64,000 nt of DNA from sequence record PP895363.1. The stretch is one strand, 5' to 3'. The position numbers and the translations under genes are program-made. The DNA is from Klebsiella phage FKP3. The notes beneath the pieces were generated by a model, which was not told the origin of the DNA, did no database searches, and worked only from the letters and a program-made list of their open reading frames with translations. Every line of letters starts with the position of its first letter. The stretch's first letter is position 1. This document shows, piece by piece, positions 16,034-26,206 of the stretch.

Positions 16034-17803
16034 GTGTCTGAAAACTTAATCACAAGATTTGGTATAACAATAGATTTAAGCCGAGAAGGTCATACAGGTT
16101 GCCCACGATGCATAAGTAATGGTAATGACAGGTCACGTAATAACCTGATGGTGTATGGTCTAGACCAAAATCTGGAACACAGAGGAGCTAAGTGTTTTGC
16201 TTGTCATTACACGATACCTAGCGTAGAGTGGCTAAGAGAAAACGGGGAAGAGCTTGAGGAAGAGGAGGAAATAGTGGGATCAGAGTTTAATCCTGAAATT
16301 CGTAAACTTATTGTGGAGAGTACAGGAACTGACTCCAGAAATTATCGTGGTATAAAAACAGAATACTCTAAGTTTTATGCTGTTCGTTATGAATACGATA
16401 ATGAAAGAAATGTTGTTTCTGTATTATATCCTACAACTATCGATGGAAGTTTAGTAGGTTTTAAAAAACGTATTCATCCTAAAGATTTTAGTAAGCCAAT
16501 TGGACAAGTAGGAAAAGACGTAGAGTTGTTTGGGCAAGTAAAATTTAAGGAGAGGAATCATACCATTCTTATTACAGGCGGCGAACATGACGTACTAGCC
16601 GCTTACCAAATGCTTTCCGAGAACATGGATAAAAAATACGAGGTGCCTGCTGTTGTATGTGGTACTACTGGTGAAATTAGTGCATACAAACAGATTCAAG
16701 CACAATACCATTTTCTTAGTCAGTTTAAGAAAATCATTATTTGTATGGATAATGACAAAGCTGGCGAAGAAGCATTTCAGAACATTCTAAAAGTATTACC
16801 TCGTAACAAAGTTTATCTAATGAAGATGGAACTGAAGGATGCTAATAAATATCTTGAAGAAGGTAGAGAAAAAGACTTTGTTAAAGCTTTTTGGGGAGCT
16901 AAACTGTACACCCCGGCTGGGGTATATGCCTCAAACGTCCTGTATGAGGCTGCACTGGAATGCCTAGAAGCAAAGGTTATCACCCTACCTAGCTTCATGC
17001 GCGTGGCTGCTAACATGCTTGGTGGCGGTTTAGTTGAGGAAGAGATTACTGTTATTTTAGCTAAAACAAGTATCGGTAAAACTCTCCTAGTGAATGAGAT
17101 CACTAAACATATAATCACAGCCCATCCAGAGCATACGTTAGGCATATTATCTTTGGAAGCAACGTATAAAAAGTATTCCAGAAACCTTCTTTCTGCATAC
17201 TTGCATGTTCCTTTACATAGAAAAACAGCGGAAGAAAAGCAACACATTCTCGAAGAAAATAAAGATAAGATTGTTAGATTTTATGAACGTCCTGACGGTA
17301 GTCCTCGTTTCTATGTTTGTGATGACCGTGGTGCTAATGTTGAAAGCATCCAAGAAAAAGTACTGGAAATGATCATCCACTATGGTGTTACAATTCTTGT
17401 AATTGACCCTTATTCCGATCTACTTTCAGGGATGTCTGTACAAGAGCAGGAAGAGCTAGCTACTTGGTTGAAACGTATTATGAAAGAATATGGTATAACT
17501 ATCATAGTAATTTCTCACGTTAAGAAATCTTCAAATAATAGTGATGAGCATATCACTGAAGACGATGCAATGGGGAGTAGCTTCCTTGCTAAAGGTGCAG
17601 GTATTACTATTGCCTTGGAGCGCGATAAACAAGCAGAAGACCCTATGGAACGTAATCGTACATACTGCTATATCTTGAAGAATCGGGAATTCTCTGAGAC
17701 TGGTAAAGCTGGAAGTTTCTTTTATGAAATTAAAACAGCCACCCTGTATGACTACGATCAATACACAAGTAATCCAAACAATATCCCGGAAGGGAGTTAC
17801 TAA
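16034..17803 (+). CDS. DNA primase-helicase (T7 gp4-like)
   Basis: N-terminal Zn-ribbon CPRC...CFACHYT, TOPRIM (ILITGGEHD...ICMDNDKAGEEA), DnaB-like Walker A LAKTSIGKT and Walker B ILVIDPYS; GTG start. Confidence 0.85.
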   Translation: MSENLITRFGITIDLSREGHTGCPRCISNGNDRSRNNLMVYGLDQNLEHRGAKCFACHYTIPSVEWLRENGEELEEEEEIVGSEFNPEIRKLIVESTGTDSRNYRGIKTEYSKFYAVRYEYDNERNVVSVLYPTTIDGSLVGFKKRIHPKDFSKPIGQVGKDVELFGQVKFKERNHTILITGGEHDVLAAYQMLSENMDKKYEVPAVVCGTTGEISAYKQIQAQYHFLSQFKKIIICMDNDKAGEEAFQNILKVLPRNKVYLMKMELKDANKYLEEGREKDFVKAFWGAKLYTPAGVYASNVLYEAALECLEAKVITLPSFMRVAANMLGGGLVEEEITVILAKTSIGKTLLVNEITKHIITAHPEHTLGILSLEATYKKYSRNLLSAYLHVPLHRKTAEEKQHILEENKDKIVRFYERPDGSPRFYVCDDRGANVESIQEKVLEMIIHYGVTILVIDPYSDLLSGMSVQEQEELATWLKRIMKEYGITIIVISHVKKSSNNSDEHITEDDAMGSSFLAKGAGITIALERDKQAEDPMERNRTYCYILKNREFSETGKAGSFFYEIKTATLYDYDQYTSNPNNIPEGSY

Positions 17804-17807
17804 GACA

Positions 17808-17821
17808 GGGGCGAAAGCCCC
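17808..17821 (+). promoter_or_regulatory. GGGGCGAAAGCCCC hairpin (family A copy 3) directly after the primase-helicase stop
   Basis: Identical hairpin; followed by TTGACA rather than a T-run. Confidence 0.45.
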
Positions 17822-17841
17822 TTGACATAGAGGAGAAAATT

Positions 17842-18159
17842 ATGATAAAGTTAAAAGGTTCTGTTACTACAGTAGAAGAAATGGATGTAGAAATAACTCC
17901 GAAAGAACTCTCAGCTCAAACACAGAAAAATTTTTCAGCATTTGAAATTGTACAAATGGCTTATCTTAAGTGGTTAGGTAGTAAAGGTCTTGGTTCAGAC
18001 ATTAAACTCTGCCATAACTCCCACGCAGGGTATTATTTTACAGAGTATGAAAATCATGGAAGCCATTATTCAGGATACTATGAAGTTCGTGGGGCGTATG
18101 AAGAAGGCGATGAAATAATTTATAATCAATTCCAAGAATTAATGGCTATTCTTAAATAA
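17842..18159 (+). CDS. hypothetical protein, 105 aa
   Basis: RBS AGAGGAGAAAATTATG. Confidence 0.55.
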   Translation: MIKLKGSVTTVEEMDVEITPKELSAQTQKNFSAFEIVQMAYLKWLGSKGLGSDIKLCHNSHAGYYFTEYENHGSHYSGYYEVRGAYEEGDEIIYNQFQELMAILK

Positions 18160-18172
18160 TAAGGAGGAAGAC

Positions 18173-18859
18173 TTGAAACGTACTGAACATTATCTATACA
18201 ATACTTGGAATTGCATGACACAACGTTGTGAAAATCCAAACAATTCCAACTATACTCAATATGGTTTGAAAGGTATTGATGTTTGTGAACGTTGGTCTTC
18301 CTTTAATCCAGAAGGTTTTAATAACTTTATTCACGACATGGGTGATCGTCCAGAAGGTATGACTTTAGATAGGATAGACACATATAAAGGGTATTCTGTA
18401 GATAACTGTCGATGGGCATCAAAAAGAACTCAACAAAATAATAGACGCATTAATAAGAATAATACCAGTACTGTGCCAGGTGTTCAATGGTCGTCAAATT
18501 CCTCTTGTTGGGTAGCTTCTATATTTCTAAATGGTAAAAATGTTGTTATAGGTAGGTATTCAAATCTAAAAACAGCAGAAAAGTATTATCAACGATCTCT
18601 TGCAATCAAACAAAAATATACAGATAATCTTGCCCTCCTTTGGATAAAAAGGCAAACAGTAAGAACACCCAAAGATAAAAGACTTAATGTACATAAAACT
18701 TCTAAGTATTATGGTGTGTCTTGGGACAAATCACGTAATAAGTGGAAAGCACAAGTAAGTGAAAGACGAGAAGGAAGGCTCGTATCCGTTTTTATTGGTA
18801 GATATAACAGAGAAGAAGAGGCACGAGATGCTGTTTTAAAATATTTGGAGGTGAAATGA
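18173..18859 (+). CDS. homing-endonuclease-like protein with two AP2 DNA-binding domains
   Basis: N-terminal YNTWNCMTQRCENPNN...YGLKGIDVCERW module; two AP2 blocks (VPGVQWSS...GRYSNLKTAEKYY and YYGVSWDK...GRYNREEEARDA); TTG start after AAGGAGGAAG. Confidence 0.6.
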   Translation: MKRTEHYLYNTWNCMTQRCENPNNSNYTQYGLKGIDVCERWSSFNPEGFNNFIHDMGDRPEGMTLDRIDTYKGYSVDNCRWASKRTQQNNRRINKNNTSTVPGVQWSSNSSCWVASIFLNGKNVVIGRYSNLKTAEKYYQRSLAIKQKYTDNLALLWIKRQTVRTPKDKRLNVHKTSKYYGVSWDKSRNKWKAQVSERREGRLVSVFIGRYNREEEARDAVLKYLEVK

Positions 18860-21435
18860 GTAGTTTTACTTGGGATATCGAAGCAAGTAACCTTTTAAAC
18901 GACTCTTCGATAGATTACTTAAAAAGCCCATATAGACTAAAAGATTCTTTCAATATGCACTGCATTGTTCTTGAGAATCACGAGACACAAGAAATTATTG
19001 CTTTCTATAACGGGCCAACGTATATTTTTGATGGAAGACCGTATGAAGAAGACGATGGCAAATATTTATACGAATTAAAAGAATATGTACATCAAGAATA
19101 TACACATTTTCAACTGGACGAATTTCCAGATTTTGTCAATCATACTGGCAGGTTTGCAAATAAAGAAGAATATCGTATTGAGAAAGCTGTAGCCCATAAT
19201 GGTATTAACTATGACTGGTTAGCTGTCAAGCTATATTTTGGGCTTAACTATAGTATTAAATACGGTACATGGGGTAACAATAAAGTTGAACTTATTGACT
19301 CTATGATTTTAAGTAAGGTGTTAAACCCTGATCGATTTGGTGGTCATAGTCTTGCTGAATTATCCAGTAAAGCAGGCGGTGATGTTAAAATTGATTTTCG
19401 TAAGAATATTCCTGAACAGGATAGGTTTAAAACATTTGCAGCAGACATGCTTTACTACTGTATTTACGATAACAAATCTAACACCGCAGTATATAAATAT
19501 CTTATGGATGAATGGGGAGACTATGATAAATGGGCTGAGCCTTTCGCACTAGAACAACGTGTTGCAGACATTATTACTCGTCAGGAACACCGTGGATTTG
19601 CTTTTAACAAGAAACAGGCTGAAGAAAATATTGCAGACTTAGATCAGAAGATGGAAGAACGTAGGCTCCAGGCAGAACCAATTCTTCCACCAAAACCTGC
19701 AACGAAAGGTTATTTGAAAGCTTTTATTCCACCTAAACTTCAGTTTAAGAAGAATGGTGAACCCACTAGTAATATTCTTAAGTTTGCAGAAAAACATGGT
19801 GGGGAAATTGTTAAGAGAGAAGAGGATTATTATCTTATTGCATTAGGTAAAGAGTTTTTACTCCCTATCTCAAGTGAAGATCCTATTTGTGATCCTACTG
19901 TTCCGGCAACACTGGATGATACTACCCATATTAAAGATTGGTTAGTAGGGTTAGGATGGAGTCCATCTGAGTACAAAGATAAAGATTTAACCCTTAAATC
20001 TGGTACTAAGATTAAGAAAACACCTGAACAATTAGAAAAAGGTATCAAAGATTATGTAGAACAAACCTTAGCATCTAATTTTTGTGCTGATCGTTGTGAA
20101 CATTTGGACTGTACCCCGGAAACCTTAGAATGGAAGATCCGAGATCGTATAGAGAAAGGTAAAGGGCGTGGTCTTAAGGTACTAACCAATCCATCCTTTA
20201 CTAAAGGACAGGAAAAAGATATTTGCCCTAACTTGGTTGAATTAGGGGAGAAATTCCCATATGCTACTCAAATCGTAGAATACCTGACATTTAAACACCG
20301 TAGGAACTCTATCCTTGGAGGCGGTGCGGAATGGGATGAAGACGAGGAAGATTACGAGAAAGGTTATCTTGCTGCGGTGCGCTCTGATGGGCGTATTCCT
20401 ACTCCTGCTGCGACATGTGATGCTGCTACAAGTCGTATGAAACATAGACTCGTTGCCAACATTCCTCGTGTAACCTCTTTATACGGTCATGAAATGCGCA
20501 ACTTGTTTGGTGTAGAAGTACCTTATTATTTCCAGATTGGTTACGATTTTGATTCGTTAGAAGCAAAAATAGAAAGCCATTATTGTTGGAGATATGAGTC
20601 TGAACCACATGAGTATTGTAACGCTCTCTTGTTAGAGAAACCACATGATGTTCACTCTATGATGGCAAGACGCATTACAGAGACAATTGGACGTAAGTTT
20701 GAACGTTCTCCGGCTAAATCTGTTAAATACGGTATTACATATGGTGCGCAAGCTCCTAAAGTTGCCAAAACAATTGGTAGCGACATGTACACTGGACAAC
20801 TGGTTTACGATGCATTTTGGGAAGCTGCTAAACCTCTTGCATTGTTGAAAGAACGTCTGCATGATTTTTGGGTGAAAACAGGTAAGAAATACATTCTGGG
20901 TATTGATGGACGTAAAGTTCCAACTCGTTCACCACATGCTATTCTGAATTCACTATTTCAAAGTGGCGGGGTTATTTGCGCTAAACGTGCAATGGTGATT
21001 TACGATGACCTTATTGAAGAAGAAGGTTTAGCTGTTGACTTCTTCGTTGATGACTGGAAAAATAAATCGTTCGTGCAACAAATGATTGCTTATCATGATG
21101 AAGCCCAACTGGAAGTCACTCGTGATCTTGTTGAGTTTAAATGGTTCTCTAAAGAATCCCTTGGATGGACTCAAGTGGATGATGAAAAAGAACAGGAAAA
21201 AATAGACAAAGAGTGTGTGGCTAAGGTTAACGCATGGAAAGCAGAAGAAGAGGCGCGTACAGGAAAAATTTGGGCGAACGTTCATGAATCTCCTAAAGGA
21301 GGTTGGTTCACCGCTTATAGTCGTCCTGGAGAATTAGCATCCCTCGCTGTTAAGAAAGCTGGAGAATTTTATAATTTGAACGTTGAATTAACCGCAGGCT
21401 ATGATGTTGGTAACTCTTGGTCGAGCTGTCATTAA
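18856..21435 (+). CDS. DNA polymerase, family A, with 3'-5' exonuclease domain
   Basis: Exo I DIEASNL; pol motifs RLVANIPRV, KSVKYGITYGA (motif B-like), HDE (motif C); 859 aa. Confidence 0.9.
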   Translation: MSSFTWDIEASNLLNDSSIDYLKSPYRLKDSFNMHCIVLENHETQEIIAFYNGPTYIFDGRPYEEDDGKYLYELKEYVHQEYTHFQLDEFPDFVNHTGRFANKEEYRIEKAVAHNGINYDWLAVKLYFGLNYSIKYGTWGNNKVELIDSMILSKVLNPDRFGGHSLAELSSKAGGDVKIDFRKNIPEQDRFKTFAADMLYYCIYDNKSNTAVYKYLMDEWGDYDKWAEPFALEQRVADIITRQEHRGFAFNKKQAEENIADLDQKMEERRLQAEPILPPKPATKGYLKAFIPPKLQFKKNGEPTSNILKFAEKHGGEIVKREEDYYLIALGKEFLLPISSEDPICDPTVPATLDDTTHIKDWLVGLGWSPSEYKDKDLTLKSGTKIKKTPEQLEKGIKDYVEQTLASNFCADRCEHLDCTPETLEWKIRDRIEKGKGRGLKVLTNPSFTKGQEKDICPNLVELGEKFPYATQIVEYLTFKHRRNSILGGGAEWDEDEEDYEKGYLAAVRSDGRIPTPAATCDAATSRMKHRLVANIPRVTSLYGHEMRNLFGVEVPYYFQIGYDFDSLEAKIESHYCWRYESEPHEYCNALLLEKPHDVHSMMARRITETIGRKFERSPAKSVKYGITYGAQAPKVAKTIGSDMYTGQLVYDAFWEAAKPLALLKERLHDFWVKTGKKYILGIDGRKVPTRSPHAILNSLFQSGGVICAKRAMVIYDDLIEEEGLAVDFFVDDWKNKSFVQQMIAYHDEAQLEVTRDLVEFKWFSKESLGWTQVDDEKEQEKIDKECVAKVNAWKAEEEARTGKIWANVHESPKGGWFTAYSRPGELASLAVKKAGEFYNLNVELTAGYDVGNSWSSCH

Positions 21436-21439
21436 AAAA

Positions 21440-21453
21440 GGGGCAAAAGCCCC
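21440..21453 (+). promoter_or_regulatory. GGGGCAAAAGCCCC hairpin (family A copy 4) after the DNA polymerase stop
   Basis: Same stem as family A with AAAA loop. Confidence 0.45.
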
Positions 21454-21472
21454 TTGTGAGAGGAGAAGAGAA

Positions 21473-21649
21473 TGGGTGATATGATTTTTAAAGTGGATTT
21501 TATTCGTTATGACGAAGACATGATCTCTGCTATTTCTGGGTATACGAGATACTTCAAAGACCCAGTGAAAGCAAACGAAGAAGCTGGAAAGTGGATAAGT
21601 AAATCCAATCGTAACGAAGTAATTACAAATGTTGTGGAGGTAGAATAAT
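21473..21649 (+). CDS. hypothetical small protein, 58 aa (not in track)
   Basis: ATG 21473 after AGAGGAGAAGAGA. Confidence 0.45.
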
Positions 21650-22307
21650 GGGATTTATTATGGATGTTGCAGATCAAAAACGTGAAGCTACCGAGCTTCT
21701 CTCCAAACTACGCATGGTCGATCCATTTGCAATGATTGCAGGTGGTGCTCCTCGCGATTGGTATTTTAATAAATCCGCTAAGGATTTAGATGTATATATG
21801 CGTCTACCTAATCATAATACTGTGGCGCTAGTTTCAGATTTAGCACGTCTGGTAGGTATTACACATCTCAGTAAAATTGATAAAGTTAAAGAATCCACAT
21901 ATGCTGAACTACCCAACCTTAAATGGGTGTTTATCGGGGAATATAACGGCTTACCTGTCAATCTTATGGTAATGGAGAAAGGTGTACGTGAAGAGATTAT
22001 TAAAGACTTCGACGTAGCTATCTGCCGTGCGTGGTTTGACGGTGAACAGTGTCATTATATGGAAGAATTTGAGTTTTGCGTTAAAACTCGTATCTGCCTC
22101 GTTCATGAAAAGTATACTGGGAAAGAAGCGCACCTGCGGAAGATGGCTAAACGTTTCCCACAATTTATGTTCTATAAGAAAGTTGAGATTGAAGAAGAAC
22201 CTTATGTATCCTTTGACATTCCGAGTAGTAGTCCTCCATGTGCATCCCTCCCCATACCTCGTCGGAAGAAGTCATTAGATGATGCCTGGGATGATGATAA
22301 AATTTGA
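21648..22307 (+). CDS. nucleotidyltransferase, CCA-adding-enzyme/poly(A)-polymerase head-domain-like
   Basis: MIAGGAPRDWYF...DLDVYM matches the pol-beta-type NTase signature GGxxRDxxL...DxD of class-II CCA enzymes. Confidence 0.55.
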   Translation: MGFIMDVADQKREATELLSKLRMVDPFAMIAGGAPRDWYFNKSAKDLDVYMRLPNHNTVALVSDLARLVGITHLSKIDKVKESTYAELPNLKWVFIGEYNGLPVNLMVMEKGVREEIIKDFDVAICRAWFDGEQCHYMEEFEFCVKTRICLVHEKYTGKEAHLRKMAKRFPQFMFYKKVEIEEEPYVSFDIPSSSPPCASLPIPRRKKSLDDAWDDDKI

Positions 22308-22318
22308 TAATTTGGGGT

Positions 22319-22348
22319 TGACAAACCCCGTTATTTTGTGTTACTATG
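22319..22348 (+). promoter_or_regulatory. sigma70-like promoter TTGACA-17/18-TACTAT with TGn extended -10
   Basis: -35 22319-22324; TGT TACTAT 22340-22348. Confidence 0.55.
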
Positions 22349-22357
22349 AGGACTTGA

Positions 22358-22756
22358 ATGGCGAATACAAAAAGTAAAGTACTTGTTGAAACATCATATA
22401 GCAGAGAGATTAACTCTCTCATTTTGACAGAAAAGGATGTTCAACCTCAAGATAATTCTTTTTACATTCAAGTATTAGTTTTGTTAGGTGGTTTTATAAG
22501 AGTGACTACTAGAGTTGATGGTGGAGAAATTTATACCACAGACATGACTAAGAAAGAATTTCAATTGCTCCAAGATAGTATCCGAGAAACAATAGACACT
22601 GAAAATAAAGCTAAACTTCTTACTCTAGGCAAGAGTAGAATAACAATGCTTCATTCCTCAAAAGGTGAAATTGGATTTGGGATCGGCAATAAAAAATATT
22701 TAATTGATGAAACAGACGTAACTCTTTTACGAGAGTTCTGCGTTAAAGTAATGTAA
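22358..22756 (+). CDS. hypothetical protein, 132 aa
   Basis: ORF downstream of promoter; RBS GAGGA. Confidence 0.55.
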   Translation: MANTKSKVLVETSYSREINSLILTEKDVQPQDNSFYIQVLVLLGGFIRVTTRVDGGEIYTTDMTKKEFQLLQDSIRETIDTENKAKLLTLGKSRITMLHSSKGEIGFGIGNKKYLIDETDVTLLREFCVKVM

Positions 22757-22771
22757 TGAAGAGGAGAATTT

Positions 22772-23650
22772 ATGTCCGTAATTAAAACTGAAACTGATCG
22801 TAAAGGAAAAACTGTAACCTACGCAACAGGTATTGTAGATTTTGTTAAACTTGATAAGTTTGATGAACCAAAAACATTCCATTGGGATGGTAAAGCGATT
22901 GTTTCTACCCATAGAGCATCTTTAGCAATCAAAGCAAAAGACGCTAAACCAGAAGACAAAGGTATTTGGATTGGTCTTGGTGATATTGAAATTAAAGAAG
23001 GTTTTGATGATCTTCGTGTGAAGAATGGTGACGATTGGGTTACTATTGAAAAAGGTGTTGAAGTTAGTATTGATATTGATAAAGTTGATCAGCGTGGTGA
23101 TAAAACTTATTACAATACTAAAAAATCCCGAATCACGGTTATTTCTACTGATGGTGTAAAAGCCTCTGCTCCTAAAGCTGGAAAAGGCTCTGAAAGCGCT
23201 CCTGCTAAAGCACCTTTCAAGAAACGTGATACTGTCGGTATTGAAACAGGACACGCTGTAAATGGTGCTCTGGAGCTTATCCGTGGTGGTGTTAAGGGAG
23301 ATGCTTTTGAACTTGCAGGTGTTGTGCAATCAGCTACTGTAACACTGAAAGCAGAAGTAGCTAAGGAACGTGGAGTGGATGTTTCTGATTACGATCTCGG
23401 TGCTTCTGTAGGCCATGCAATTCTCAATGCTTGTCGAGATCATTCTCGTAGTGATGTGACTGTTGATGAGCTAATCGAAGCAGCTCGTGAAGTTCTACTC
23501 CTGTCTGATAAAGTGGCTTCGGCTATTCGTAGTGGCGGAGCTGTTCCCCCTGAAGTAGAGAAACCTAAAACGACAGGTAAACCTAAACAATCTAATCCAG
23601 CTCCGGCTCCAGAGCCTGCTGTAGATTTTGACGACGATATTCCTTTTTGA
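22772..23650 (+). CDS. ssb: single-stranded DNA-binding protein (acidic C-terminal tail DFDDDIPF)
   Basis: C-terminus identical to the E. coli SSB interaction tip DFDDDIPF; Gly/Pro/Ala-rich linker; position after replication genes. Confidence 0.65.
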   Translation: MSVIKTETDRKGKTVTYATGIVDFVKLDKFDEPKTFHWDGKAIVSTHRASLAIKAKDAKPEDKGIWIGLGDIEIKEGFDDLRVKNGDDWVTIEKGVEVSIDIDKVDQRGDKTYYNTKKSRITVISTDGVKASAPKAGKGSESAPAKAPFKKRDTVGIETGHAVNGALELIRGGVKGDAFELAGVVQSATVTLKAEVAKERGVDVSDYDLGASVGHAILNACRDHSRSDVTVDELIEAAREVLLLSDKVASAIRSGGAVPPEVEKPKTTGKPKQSNPAPAPEPAVDFDDDIPF

Positions 23651-23702
23651 TATTCAGTGAATATTAGTTATTAACCACATTTTTAGCAAAAGTAAATAAA
23701 TA

Positions 23703-23727
23703 AAGGGAGCCAGATGGCTCCCTTTTT
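23703..23727. terminator. bidirectional Rho-independent terminator GGGAGCC-AGAT-GGCTCCC flanked by A-run and T-run, between convergent operons
   Basis: Perfect 7-bp stem; AAATAAATAAA upstream and TTTTT downstream. Confidence 0.7.
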
Positions 23728-23888
23728 ACTTAGTCGAGTTCATTTTTAGCTAATTCGATCTGTTCTTCATGTGTTACAATGTTTCCATTGTCGTCTTTTT
23801 CTTGCACATGAAGACTTTTTGCAGCCAAAGTAGTAAATCTGACTTCAAATCTATTATTAAAAATATCTTGTAGCTCTTCCATAAAACC

Positions 23889-25862
23889 TCATAAATTTAT
23901 TTTAACAGCTTTAGTAGATACATCATAATATAGTTGACCAGTTGAACCTGGTGTACTTGCCATATCTGGTGTAACTAAGGCTGTAGTATTTATTTGTTTT
24001 CTGTTCAGTGTTCTGAACCCCAGCACTGGATTTGTCACAGCATCTGATCTATATTCATAAGAACTTCCCTTTGAAAACAACTGGTATACACTACCAGTTG
24101 GATCTGTATATTTATAATTATTATCAAAAGATCTTTGGTCAGAATAAGAAAAAGCTACATTATATGTATCATAAATAGCTTCATAATTATTATTTGTACC
24201 CATACCTAATGAAAAAATATAATCAAAGCCCTTACCATTAACTTTAACACTACAGAATTGACCACCATTAAATTTTATTGCTGATTGTCTTCCTGTACCT
24301 ACTAGGAAATAGTCTCCATGTATTGCAGTAATATCAACACTACAATGTTGGATATAAGCATTATTCGCGGCTGTGGCATAAAAAACTACACCGTCTGTGA
24401 CATTATATCCAGATCCTGTCACTGTACAACCTATTACAGGGGTAGTCGCTGAATTTCCAATGAAAGCAGATACATACTGTGCATTATAGGCGGTTACTTT
24501 TCCAGAACAAGCTTGACATCCATAACCTATTATAACACCACCACCTTCTACAATATCCGTAGCAGATACATCAAAGGTTATATTTTTACAAGCATTCCAT
24601 AAATGTAGACCTGCATGATAGGCTTTGTTAGTTACTAATTTTATATTACCATTAACGTTATTACTTTCAGATTCTATCCCTGCATATGCACTGTCATTTG
24701 CAATAACATCAAAAATAAAATCTGAACATGCATCTAATTTAAAACAACTTCCAAGGGCTAAATCTGAACTTGCCGATGTTGGTTGTGGATAGATTTGACC
24801 TGATTTTTTTGCCGTACAATAGACTTTCATATTTTTAGATCCATTATTAGCAAAAAATGGGAAAACTGCATTAGATAATATTACAGATTTATCTATATAT
24901 AGTCCATCTACTCCATTAACCCAAAGACTTAATGTATTTGCTAAAGGGGACGTAAATATTTGTCTACTATCTATTAATGTGCTACTTTGGTATGCATATA
25001 AAGGTTTATTAGTCGGATCTTCTGATGTTATTGTAATCTTACCAATCAATGAACTATTAGACCCTGTTATTTTTAAAGTTGTGAATCCTGAATAACTTGC
25101 ATTAGGTGGTGTTTTCCTGGTAAGTGTGGAATCAGCCCCCTCTAAAGAAATTTTATTTTTAGCAATAACCCAACCATCTAAAGATTGAGAGTTATTTGGA
25201 AAGTCATTATAATAAGTAGCATTAGGCATTAATTTAATATAATCACCATCTATCAAACTAGAAAGCATTTTAGCAAATGGTACTGTATCTGGTATTGAAA
25301 TACCCATACCTCTGCAACCATACCATTCAGGTTTTACTACTTTATTACTATAATACTCCAAACGAACAAAAACAAAACTAGGATCAATTGAACTAACGAC
25401 TTTGCCGCCATCTGCTATGAAATTTGTAGAATTTTGGACAATAAATTCTCCACCACCAACAACATAACCTACAGCATATTCTGTTAAATAAATTCTCTGT
25501 CCCACTTTTGTAGGTTTAATCAGTTGTAAATTGGCAACATCTGTAACACTGCCAAGATAAAGTAAACCACTTGGAGAAGATAAATCTGATAATGAAGAAG
25601 CTTTAGTAATTATAAAAGTTCCACTATTTGTAACTAGTGTTAATGTATTACCAGAAATACTCCAAGATATAGGTGTGCCAATTGCAGAACCTCTATACCA
25701 ACAGGTTTGTGTATCTTCATCATATAAAATTGTATATGAATCTACTGCTGTTGAAGTTGATAAATAACCAACTTGTCTCTTTTTAAGCCCGAATACTCGA
25801 GCTATTGCTTCCTTATTGGTCTCCTTAGAGACGATACCTTTTGGTTGTGTTAGTTGTACCAT
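23889..25862 (-). CDS. tail fiber / tailspike protein
   Basis: 657 aa, Gly/Ser/Thr/Asn-rich beta-structure composition; last gene of the late operon. Confidence 0.55.
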   Translation of the reverse strand: MVQLTQPKGIVSKETNKEAIARVFGLKKRQVGYLSTSTAVDSYTILYDEDTQTCWYRGSAIGTPISWSISGNTLTLVTNSGTFIITKASSLSDLSSPSGLLYLGSVTDVANLQLIKPTKVGQRIYLTEYAVGYVVGGGEFIVQNSTNFIADGGKVVSSIDPSFVFVRLEYYSNKVVKPEWYGCRGMGISIPDTVPFAKMLSSLIDGDYIKLMPNATYYNDFPNNSQSLDGWVIAKNKISLEGADSTLTRKTPPNASYSGFTTLKITGSNSSLIGKITITSEDPTNKPLYAYQSSTLIDSRQIFTSPLANTLSLWVNGVDGLYIDKSVILSNAVFPFFANNGSKNMKVYCTAKKSGQIYPQPTSASSDLALGSCFKLDACSDFIFDVIANDSAYAGIESESNNVNGNIKLVTNKAYHAGLHLWNACKNITFDVSATDIVEGGGVIIGYGCQACSGKVTAYNAQYVSAFIGNSATTPVIGCTVTGSGYNVTDGVVFYATAANNAYIQHCSVDITAIHGDYFLVGTGRQSAIKFNGGQFCSVKVNGKGFDYIFSLGMGTNNNYEAIYDTYNVAFSYSDQRSFDNNYKYTDPTGSVYQLFSKGSSYEYRSDAVTNPVLGFRTLNRKQINTTALVTPDMASTPGSTGQLYYDVSTKAVKINL

Positions 25863-26206
25863 TATTTCTCCAATATAACTATAACTTTATCCAACCCATA
25901 GCGAACCAGTTAAATGTAGCCTTGTTATTAACCTTTAGGAATTAGTTTATATCTATTCACTAGAATAAGAACATACATTAAAAAGAAAATGCACTGAGTT
26001 AGGTGCGTTTTATTTGATACTATTCAATTAGGATATGACGAACTACTCAAACAATACTTTTGCAACAGGGGTTGACCTATCACCTCTGTTAATTTGCTAG
26101 CGCTAAAATACCGGATTAGCAGTTGATAGTTGAGAACGCTGTCACTATTTTAATGTACCCGTCAGCGCACAACTGGCGGGGTTTTAAGTTATTGTTTTAA
26201 TGTAAC

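Noticed and set aside
25863-26206. 345-bp noncoding gap in the late operon as a possible regulatory or ncRNA locus
   Set aside because: No convincing promoter, terminator or conserved structure could be derived by eye. Left unannotated.
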